From Podarcis pityusensis (lineage: Eukaryota), in assembly GCA_964106645.2 (NCBI GenBank), contig OZ067052.1: a stretch of 64,000 bases of DNA. One strand, written 5' to 3'. Positions 1 to 11,100 of this stretch are shown piece after piece. The notes below the pieces were generated by a model. It was not told the DNA's origin. It saw only the letters and a program-made list of their open reading frames with translations, and searched no databases. Numbering within the stretch: the first letter of the stretch is position 1; the number at the start of each line of letters is the position of its first letter. A program made the position numbers and the translations under genes.

Positions 1-482
1 ATAGCCTCCCCTTCCTGCTCCAGAAAGAGAAAAGTCTTTGCCCTGAGGAGTCTACAAAGTAGGGCAGCTTACAAATCCCTTTGCTATACAAAGGATTTGC
101 TGATCTCTACCTTATTACTGTGCAGTAAACAGAATTGTGTATTTTGAAAAATGCAATGCAAGCCTGCCTGCCTACTGTTTGATCCCAGTTCTACTTTCTC
201 TTGCTGGGGGTTGGTGTGAAAGGAGGGCTCCAAAATTTCATCACTGCCCCAGACATCGTTCTCCACTTTATACCATGTCTTTGCTGGCGTAATTTATTCT
301 AATCCCAAGATCCCGCCCCCAGGCATTGTGAAGAATTTGGATTTCCTTCCCAAGCAGAGACAAGGGTCTCCGTTGATCTTTAGGGGGGCAAAATTGTGAC
401 ATGATTGACAAACGGAACTTCCTTGAGCAGTCACAGTCTTACCACCACCCCCCCCCCACTTCCAAGAGTTTGCTTGTGAAAC

Positions 483-622
483 TGGTATAGCTCAGTTGGT
501 GGAGCAGCTGGGGGTTGTGGGTTTGAGCCCCATGTGGGGCAGAAGATTCCTGCTTCGCAGGGGGTTGAACTAGATGACCCTCGTGGTTCCTTCCAACTCT
601 ACAATTCTTTGATTTCTGTGAT
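483..622 (+). mobile_element. tRNA-Lys-derived SINE with CR1-like tail (degenerate)
   Basis: tagctcagttgg A box; ...agattcctgc...ctagatgaccctcg...ttccaactctacaattct tail; same family as 42425. Confidence 0.8.
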
Positions 623-1514
623 TTGTGGGTGGCAGCGGCTGGACTGTAAAGGGGACTGTTTCTTCTGATCTGATGCTCGTGATGTTGGGCAGTGTGAGTG
701 AGGAGGCCAGCCAAGAAATTTATTTTTCTAGGAACCGTTTTGTCCATATCTGGTCATTTTAAAAGCTACTCAAATGGTGCCTTTTGTGTGTAGAAATGGC
801 TGTGTGGAGTACATCTAAAACAGGTGTCTTTTGAGTTTAAATGAGGCAGGGGGTCTCTGGAAGTCAATGGAGTCAATTCTTTGTTTTCTCTCTGCACTCT
901 ATTAATGACCCCACCACCACCACTGAAATTACTTTCTTTTGGGCTCAACAAACTTCAGAACTTGTGCCCCTCTTTTAAAGCAACCCTTTCTCTCCAAATC
1001 CTTTGGCTTATATCCAATCTTGGTCTTAGAGATATGTGACTTAACGTAACTCACCTAATTCTAGTTCTTCTCTGCATAGGGTCTCTGCATAGAATTTAGT
1101 TGGATATAACTCGGGGGAGTAGAACGGTGTGCCTGTGTATGACCTCAGCTTGCTGGCCAAGGTCCTCTCTGCGTACCCTCAGAGGCACTCTCGTTTTCTG
1201 TTTTAAAAAAGATTATAATTTTTGGCATACAAAGGGTGCAATCCTTGGGAATTTAGAAGAGGAAAAGAGACCGGATTTTAGAAACCTTGGGTGATGGGGG
1301 CTGTTTCTGGTACAAAACCTACTCACTGAAATTAATGGACACGGCTAACGTAGGCTCATTAATCCCAGTGGGTCTACTCTGCAACCCCGAGGATGTAACA
1401 CTCACAGGGGACCAAGTCCCATTGAACTCCATGAGATTTACTCCTGGGTAAGATGTTTGCAGAATGGCCCGTTCCCTAAAGGTGGCCTCTAACGGTTCTT
1501 TCCCCTCTCGGCAG

Positions 1515-1575
1515 GAGCTGAAAGTCAAGGGCCCGAAGGATTCAAAAGAGAGCCACACCTCCGTTACCATGGAAG
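1515..1575 (+). CDS. ABR: ABR exon (DH domain) [20 protein letters not shown]
   Basis: cag| acceptor 1512-1514, |gtatc donor at 1576; 61 nt, phase 0 to 1. Confidence 0.93.
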
Positions 1576-4500
1576 GTATCGATTTTATTGCATGCATATA
1601 TTTTTGTAGGTGTGTGTGAGCGAGCGTTTAAATTATGTGGCATGCTCTTTTGTCTGACTCTCCAAAAAACCCACCCCACCATCCCCTGAGCCCATCAAAG
1701 AATAGATAATATCCAATGCCGTGTGTGCATATTGGAGATACGGATCCCTTTGTGCTCTTATGGGGAGAGGCGGGAGGCAAGGGGGCTGAGAGGAGGGGTC
1801 TGCACCTTTTTACAATGCTGGCAGCGTCTTACAGCCCCTCACGCCCCCTTCCCTCCTCCTCCTCCTCCTCCTCCCTCCCCTACAACTACCGGCTGGCTTG
1901 GGAGCTCTTTTCACCGACAGCCAGCGGACCGCCACCGATGGAGCCGGGTGCTAGCCATGCCGCAAGGAGGGTGCCATGGAGATTCTGCTCATCATCCGCT
2001 TTTGCTGTAACTGCACCTACGGTGGGGGTCTCCTTTCCATCCATCTCCACCCTCTCCCCCATTTTTTAAAAGAGCAGGTGCTGGGCAGGGCAGGGACGGT
2101 GTCGCTCGCTCGGGTCTGGGGTCCTCTCTCGGGGTGGCTTGTAAGAATTCTCTCTCTCTGCTCTCTTTGTCTCCACAAATGCCCCTCCGGCAACCAAGCC
2201 TTTGTCCTCACTGGTCCAGTGCCGGGGAAGTGTGGAGGGGTCTTAGCGCGACTCAGAAACCTTCCCCCCACTTTTCCAGATTTCTCTTTTTTCTGCTCCG
2301 CTTGGGAGTGCCAACTTGGTGATTTCTTTGTTCCTAAGCGATCCGAGGGCTGGGCTTCTCTGTCGCTAGGTGCTCCCCCCCATTTAGTGGGAACCAAGGG
2401 ACCAACACCCAAGGAAATATTGGGTCCCTATGGCAGGTGGGTTTGGGGGGGGGGGCTCCCACTGCTACTCTGTCACTATTTGCCCCCAGTTTCTGCCTGG
2501 TCCCGTTAGGGCGCAACTTCAATTGACGTGGGTCTTTGTGACCTCTGAATGCAGAATTCTCCCTGGAACCTGTAACAAAAGGTGGCTGGGGGTGGAAACA
2601 CACCTGTTCCATTTTTCTCCATCCCACCCACCCACCGACTCCCCCAAACCACCTCACATTTGCTTCATCTTTGCCCCATTCATTAGCTGCCTGAGGGAAG
2701 TGGGGTATTGACCTCCCGCAATTGCCCCCTAAATGTTTGCTCCCCCTCCCTTCCAGGCCTTGTAACCATGGTGATGAGCAGGGGGGCTGTGTTGGCGGCC
2801 ACTATCTTTCATCATGGCCATCTTTATTGGGGTGCTGGACCCCAATTTTGGGCATTTCCTAGGACTCTTTTCAACATGGGTTTTTACTTCTTGCTTTTCA
2901 GGGGTGTTATCCAAAGTGACTGATTTGGGGGTATCAGATTGTCAATTTCCTTTTAACCACCACGGGGGGGTGGGGTGGAGAAGGAACGGCATTTTACCTG
3001 CCCCTTGTTACTAAAGGCGTTTTAAATTCTGTCACCGCTCCTATAGGCAAATGTGTCCCATTGAAATGGGGATTTGTTGCACCCGTTCCCTTTGGGGTGG
3101 AGAGTTTCCTCAAAAGATGCCCCTGTTGGGTTGGCATTGGCACTGGCACGGGGGATTGGGTTGTGGGGATTGGGCACTCTGCTTTGTGAGAGGGTGAGGA
3201 TGAATTTCCCTATTTGCGTCCGTTTCAGAACGAGACCCTGCCTGTTCCCTTCAGCTTGGGGAAGTGGCTTTGAGCGGGGAAAGGGGGAAATCCACGATGT
3301 GCGTCTGGGCTGGACTGGAGCCAAGCGCACAAACATTTCAGGGAGATGAATGCTCAGCCTCCGCCTGCCTTAATTCTTGACTCGGGCGGCAGGTTTTGCT
3401 GCACCGCTAGAGGGCAGCAAATGGTCAGTTTTATAGCTCAATGGCAGGACTGGGTTTGGGGTTTGTGTGTGTGTATTTTTTAATTGCTATGAGTTCCGCA
3501 TGTGCCATTTTGTCCCGGACACCAAAATTCTGTGGGCCATCCTCAAGGAGAGACACGAGAGTTTTGGGATTCAGCCGGGAAAGCTCTCTTTAAGCTGTGT
3601 CCTTGGCACTTGTCTTTTTTTAAAAAAGAAAGGATGATGTAATGTGGAATTCAAGGAGGTGAAATGAAACAATAGTTTTCCAAGCACTTAGCCACTGTGT
3701 GAGCGTGCAAAACCGCTTGATCCGTGTCATTCTTCCAAAATGTTTTTTTAAAACCACGCTTCCGTAACCCAAGTAGAAGTCTGAGGAAACTCCCTGTGCC
3801 TGTACAGTATTTATTTCAGAATCTGACGTTAGTTTCAAATGCTTGAGCACACCCACCCAGATAGTATTAAAGATCATAATTTCCCCTCTTCTTGCTCCAC
3901 TTGCAGTGAGAAGGGGTGTGTGACACAGAGCAAGAGATGAAGCCTCAGGAGCTCTGCAGAAATGCAGAATTTTTTTTATTTTATTTTTTTTTGTGGGAGA
4001 CAGCTGGTGTGGTCTGGTGTACAACCTTTGTTTTTGAGGTTCTGCCTGTTTTTCTTTCTTTTCATCTCTATTTTGACGCTGTTTATTTTATTTCTTACTT
4101 AAATTTGTATACAGCCCTTCATCCGAAGATCTCGGGGCGGTTCACAGCACCAACCCCCACTTCCCTTCCTTTTGTTATATAATGGGAAAAGTCATTATTC
4201 CACCCACTTCCCATTGGGAAAAGGAAAAGGAAAAGATAGAAACTTGGGGGCCACCCTCTGTTAGGCTCTGTTGACTGGGCTGGGTTCCAGAGAATGCCAA
4301 TAGGTTTTTTGGGTGGTTGGTCAATAGATGTGGGCCTAGAGCAGAGCTGGGAAACATCTGTGGGGCTCCAGCTCCCATCATCCCTGGCCAGGACTGATGG
4401 AAGTTGAAGGCCCACCACATTTGGAGGGCCGCATGTCCCCTAACCCTGTGCCCCATCTCTGTGGCACTGACGTTCATTCCTCTTTTGCCTCTGTTTAAAC

Positions 4501-7500
4501 CAGAGGTGTGGTTGGGCGGCCATGTTTGCTCTGGGTCTGCCCCCTTCCCTAGCTGGGTTTTGTCCAGCTAACTGTTACTCAGAGTAGACCCGTCGAAATG
4601 AATGGGGCTTTGCTAGTCATGTCCATTCGTTTCAGTGGGCCTGCTCTGAGGGCAGTGGACGTTGGCTACAGCCCCACGTCCCAACGTGGTAGGGCGGCCA
4701 TGTTTGTTCAGAGTCTGCCCTCTTCACATATGAAGCGGAAGGGACTTAGTTTGCACAGGAAATGGGAGCATGAATCTCTCTCACACACACAAAGACACAC
4801 CTTGATGTGTGTGACGGGGCACGGCAAGGTTAGGCCAGAGATGGTTATGGGTGTGGAGTTCAGCTCCCTTTATTTGTGAGGGGCAGGTGAAGAGGCAAAA
4901 TGGCTGCCAGCGCCATGCTTGCTTTTGGCCTATCAGACCTAACTTGGTCTCCTCCACATGTTTTGGACTCCAGCTCCCATCAGCCCTCACCCAGCACAAC
5001 CAATGGTCAGGGATGATGGGAGTTGTAGTTCAGCANNNNNNNNNNNNNNNNNNNNNNNNNNNNNNNNNNNNNNNNNNNNNNNNNNNNNNNNNNNNNNNNN
5101 NNNNNNNNNNNNNNNNNNNNNNNNNNNNNNNNNNNNNNNNNNNNNNNNNNNNNNNNNNNNNNNNNNNNNNNNNNNNNNNNNNNNNNNNNNNNNNNNNNNN
5201 NNNNNNNNNNNNNNNNNNNNNNNNNNNNNNNNNNNNNNNNNNNNNNNNNNNNNNNNNNNNNNNNNNNNNNNNNNNNNNNNNNNACCCATCTGGCCCCGCC
5301 TCTGCAGCCACTCTGGTTGGCTTCCAACGGGATATGAAAAACACAATAAAACATCAAACATTAAAAGCTTCCCTAAACAGGGCTGCCTTCAGATGTCTTC
5401 TAAAAGTCAGATAGATTTTTATTTCCTTGACATCTAGTGGGAGGCGCCCACTACCAAGAAGGCCCTTCTGTTTGTAGACAGGTGGCATGTGCTTTATATG
5501 GTTTTGTAGCAATCCCAAACCAGTCTGATCACAGAGGTGAGAAGAGAAACAGGAATAACAAAACATTGAAGCCACAGGCAGCAATGTTGTTGTTAGTTTA
5601 TCACCCTATACCTTTAGATCTCAGGGCAGTTCACAGCATAAAAATCTGAAAATACATAAATAAAAACAAAGACAACCCAATAACCCCCCCCCACAACACA
5701 TTTAAAAAGATGTCAACCAGCCCAAGGCCTGGTTGAAGAGGAACACTTTTGCCTGGTGCCTAAAGGTGTATAATGAAGGTGCCAGGCGAGCCTCCCTGGG
5801 GAGAGCATTCTGCAAATGGGAAGCCGCCACAGAAAAGGCCCCGTTCTCGTGTTGCCACCCTCTGGACCTCTTGTGTTGGAGGCACACAAAGAAGGGCTAT
5901 TTCCAGTGTCTCATAACAGAATAGACCAGGTTTTTCGTTTATTTAATAAATTTGAATCCTGCCTTTCTCTGAGGGGAACCCCCACACAGCTGAGTTCTAC
6001 AAGAAGCAGCGCTGAGATAGAGGAGGAGGAGGAAGAAGTTGACAGGCAGGGCCACTCAGTGGGCTGGTTGAGTGTAAAAAGGCAGGGCAGTTGGGGGCTG
6101 GCTGAGGGCAGACTGGAGTTGGTGGGGCAGTGCCCTACATGTGGCTGACGCACATTGTGGATACAGTGGCTATTTTGTGTGGCACTCACCGGCTTACCTG
6201 TCTCTCTTTTCCTTGCTTATAGCGCTGCTGTACAAACCTATAAATCGAGTGACCAGGAGCACTCTTGTATTACACGTAAGTATAGCTTTTGCTTTTCACC
6301 TGTTGCCGTCACACGCCAGCGCTCCAAAATTCAGCCGGTCTCACGTATGCGTATGTAAGAGAGCAATTTCTACAAAACCAAGGAATCCATTTGCCTCTTT
6401 GCTATGATCAAAACCTGCCCATATTTAATCCTTGCAAAAAAATATTTTTTTAATAAAAACAACTACCATCTCATGGTGTAGCCCCAGAATAGACCCTATT
6501 CAAATGGAACCCACAACAAAATGTTGCAGTATAGAGCAACGTTTTGCCAGCTCCGGGTGCCAGCTGTGCCCTTTAACCGAATATGCCATTCCTTCCTCCC
6601 CTCCCCATTTTCTATACCCCCACCAACACCACGCCAACAGATATTTGGTGTTCTGTGGCTACAGAACATGCTTAGTCCGCATTAGCCTGTTTTTTCTGGG
6701 TTCTTTCCAGATGAAATCAGAGCAAAATTAAATGCAGAAGTGCGGACACTGATAATGTACCTAACTAACCGTGGCAGTTTGTAAAACAGTTTTTAATAAC
6801 ATAGACATTGTGGCATTGGTCAGACAGTTAACACTTGTCATAGTAGAGTCACAGAATTGCAGAGTTGGAAGGGACCGTGTGATTTTAAAAAAACCCCAGC
6901 AACACCTTTGTCCTGATCCTGTCCACAAGTGATAGCATTAAACCTCTTGAGAAATAGTAATTCAGTGGTTTTACACTGCAAAGTTAAAAAATGGCCACTT
7001 TAAGTCATTAAAAGGGTGTCCTCTCTTAAGTCACCTTTCTTCTTTTGTTTTAAACCAGGGGTCAGCAAACTTTTTCAGTAGGGGGCCGGTCCACAGACCT
7101 TGTGGGGGGCCGGACTATATTTTTTTGGGGATAAATGAACAAATCCCTATGCCCCACAAATAACCCAGAGAGGTGCATTTTCAATAAAAGCACACATTCT
7201 ACTCACGCTGATTCCCGGACCGCCTGCAGGCCGGATTAAGAAGGCGATTGGGCCGGATCCAGCCCCTGGGCCTTAGTTTACCTACCCATGTTTTAAACAA
7301 ACAAACATGTCCTGGGAGGCCAACATGTCTTCCCCACTGGCTTTTGAATCTTGCCATTTTAAGATGTGTTACTCAGCGGCAGCAAAGCCAGCTCAAAGAC
7401 TCTTATAGCACCATAAAAACTAACATGGCCCCCTTTCTGGAAAGCCCCATAATGCGTTTTTGTTTTTTTAAAAAAGATAATTAAGAAATAACACATCTGT

Positions 7501-8102
7501 AAAATCTCAAGGTCCATTCCTCTCCTGCTGCACTAGGATCTGCTGAAGCACACTCCTTCTGACCACCCCGACTACCCACTGCTCCAAGATGCCCTCCGTA
7601 TCTCTCAGAACTTCCTCTCCAGTATCAATGAAGACATCGACCCCCGCAGGACGGCAGTCACCACCCCCAAAGGAGAGGTAAGCAGGAGGGATGTGTGTGA
7701 GAGAGAGGGGCCAGAGAGACTTCCAGCACTGAGAGACTGGCTTAGCAGTGAGAGGGGGTGCCTGGAGGGGGCTTATTTTGAGAATTTAGGAAGAGCCATA
7801 GGAGCATATTAGCTCAGTATTTCTCTCACCGAAGGCAGCGATGCCCACCAACCACGATAGCATTAGAAGAGGATTACTCTCAGAGTTTCAGCAATTTGTC
7901 AAGGAGCTGTCAAGCGAGCCCAGGTCGACCACAGGGTAGGGTGGCACCAGAGGCACAGAATGCAATTAGCCTTTGCATAACAGAAACTAACAACGCAGCA
8001 GAGCTCCTCTGGCTAGTCTCAGTGCAGCTGGAGACGTTATGAAACTGACCACTGTCCCCGCCCTTCCCCTCTAGCCTCTCACTAGAGGATACCTCCCAGG
8101 CA

Positions 8103-8143
<41 letters not shown>

Positions 8144-11100
8144 TGGCAGAATCCGAGACCAGGGAGAAGAGTCGGTGGAAGAAGATTGGAAGAAATTTAA
8201 AAACTATCTACAGAAATACTGCAAAATTAATGAATGTTAGAATGATGTTGGATTGAAGTTAAGTGGTTTTTAGCAGCAATGTTATAAAGGAATATGTAAA
8301 AATGGATTGTTAACAGGTGATAATCTAAAGTTATAATATATTAAGATAAAAGATTAAGATAAAATCAAAGAGGGAAAGGATTTGCTGAATTAACTAAATT
8401 GAACTGGAATACGAAAAAGGGAGGTGTGAGGAGGTCAGGGAAATATGCAAATGAAAGATAAGATATGGAAAGACTGATTTGTTTTTAACTGTTTTTTACT
8501 TTGTATTTTCATTTTTGTTTTTTTTTCTCCATTCTTTTATTTTTTCTCTCTCTTATTTTTGTAATATGTTGAAATTTTAATAAATATATTTTAATAATAA
8601 TAATAATAATAATAATAATTTATTTATTTATACCCCGCCCATTTGGCTGAGTTTCCCCAGCCACTCTGGGCAGCTCCCAATCGAGTGTTAATAACAATAC
8701 AGCATTAAATATTAAAAACTTCCCTAAACAGGGCTGCCTTCAGATGTCTTTTAAAAGATAGCTGCTTATTTCCTTGACAGCTGATGGGAGGGCATTCCAT
8801 AGGGTGGGTGCCACTACCGAGAAGGCCCTCTGTCTGGTTCCCTGTAACCTCACTTCTCGCAATGAGGGAACTGCCAGAAGGCCCTCAATGCTGGATCTCA
8901 GTGTCCGGGCTGAACAATGGGGGTGGAGACGCTCCTTCGGGTATACAGGACCAAGGCTGTTTAGGGCTTTAAAAGTCAGCACCAACACTTTGAATTGTGC
9001 TCGGAAACGTACTGGGAGCCAATGCAGATCTCTCAGAACTGGTGTTATGTTGTCCCGGTGGCCACTCCCAGTCACCAGTCTAGCTGCCGCATTCTGGATT
9101 AATTGCAGTTTCCGGGTCACCTTCAAAGGTAGCCCCACGTATAGCGCATTGCAGAAGTCCAAGCGGCAGATAACTAGAGCATGCACCACTCTGGCGAGAC
9201 AGTCTGTGGGCAGGGAGGGTCTCAGCCTGCGTACCAGGTGGAGCTGGTAGACAGCTGCCCTGGGCACAGAATTAACCTGCGCCTCCATGGACAGCTGTGA
9301 GACCAAAATGACTCCCAGGCTGTGCACCTGGTCCTTCAGGGGCACAGTTACCCCATTCAGGACCAGGGAGTCCCCCACATCCGCCCGCCCCCTGTCGTCC
9401 CAAAATAGAACTTCTGTCTTGTCAGGATTCAACCTCAATCTGTTAGCCACCATCCATCCTGCAACCGCCTCCAGGCACTCACACAGGACATTCACCACCT
9501 TCACTGGTTCTGATTTAAAAGAGACGTAGAGCTGAGACGAAGGCTGCGTCAAGGGGTGAGCTCCACCTCTGGGCCTGTCTGGCCCCTTGCTCAGCAACGT
9601 GCAGCAGGACTCTCGAGTGGGGTGTCAGAGGCGGAGGAGAACTGGGGAGCAAGGTCAACCTCTGACTCCTCTCTGTCTGAGTTGGCGCTCACACTGTGAC
9701 TCTCAGCCTCTACCCCTGTCCTGGAAGGCACTCCTTATCCCACCACCCCCTTTGATTGCTCACACCACCACCCGCTTCCTGCACCTCCCAGCTCATCCCT
9801 TCTGCAGACTGTTCTTCAGTGTTCCACCAGCAGGATCCAGGATCTAAGTCAGGGGTCCTCAAACTACGGGCCGCGGCCCAGATCTGGCCCGCCACGGTCC
9901 TGAACCCGGCCCGTCTGGCAATTGCAGAACCCACTGCGCACAAAAAGGAAAGCGGCGAAAATTAGCAACAATTCCATCCCCAGCGTTCCAAAAGGTTCCT
10001 CGGCTTACATGCGCCAGTCGAGGTCTCGGAGGGGAGATGCGCAACACTGCTGGGCTGCTGGGGGAAGCAGGACAGGGCTAGCTGAAGATATGGGTAGGGA
10101 GAACATGCTGGGTGTTGCAAGGATCCTGCCACCGCCACCGCCACCCTTCCCCTATAGGAGAAAATCTATGCCCGCTTCTCCCTCCCTGCTCCTCCGGTCT
10201 ACCTAAGTTAGTTCCCTCGCAGTTGTTCCTCCTCCATATCCAAGACCTTGGAGGGGGGCAGGTTGGTTGCTGGAGAAGGTGCTCCTTTTAATATATGTTG
10301 GTGTGGCTGCTTGCTTGATCGCCTCTCCCTCCCCGAAGGTCGCCTCGCCACAAGTGGCACGGATTTGTGGAGGAAAGTGGGGGATGGACGGACAAGGGTG
10401 TCGAGATAATAAGGCGTTTCAGACAGTGCTGCAAGTAATTGGGATGTGGGCAAAACTCAGTGTTACTCTGCGTAGACCCTTTGAAATTAATAGACCCAGG
10501 TGACTCATGTTCATTGTTTTCAGTAGATCTACTCTGAGTGATCTGGCAAACTGGCATTGGCTACCACCCATAATCTAACATTTTAAATAATGTATTGTTT
10601 TTCCTGTTTTATGTGCACTACAAATAAAATATGTGCAGTGTGCATAGGAATTCGTTCATATTATTATTTTCAAACTATAGTCTGGCCCCCAACAGTGTCT
10701 GAGGGACAGTGAGCTGGCCCCCTGTTTAAAAAGTTTGAGGAGCCCTGATCTAAGTCATTGTCTTTTGCCCTCCTTGGGCAGGCAGCTGCCACCACTCTTC
10801 CTCATCCAGCCAGTCCCTGACCATTACACTAATTCACGAGGATAATGCTATTGACAGCCATGAAGGCTGTATGCTGCTTCCACTTTTGGAGGCAGTATAC
10901 TGGGGAGTTGCTCTTGCGCTCAGGCTCTGCTTGTGGGCTTCCTTTGGGGGCATCTGGTTGGCCACTGTGAGAAGGGGATGCTGGGAACTTGACGGGCCAC
11001 TGGCTGCTGATGTTCTTACATTCCCTCCTCATTCTTCCTCCTCCTCACACACGTGCTTTCCTCTTTTGCTGTCGCACCTGCAGACGCGGCAACTGGTCAA

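Noticed and set aside
4851-5437. Long ORFs containing X runs
   Set aside because: Artefacts of the N gap
8740-9597. 285-aa ORF as a host gene
   Set aside because: L2 reverse transcriptase C-terminus; the N-terminal residues come from flanking DNA
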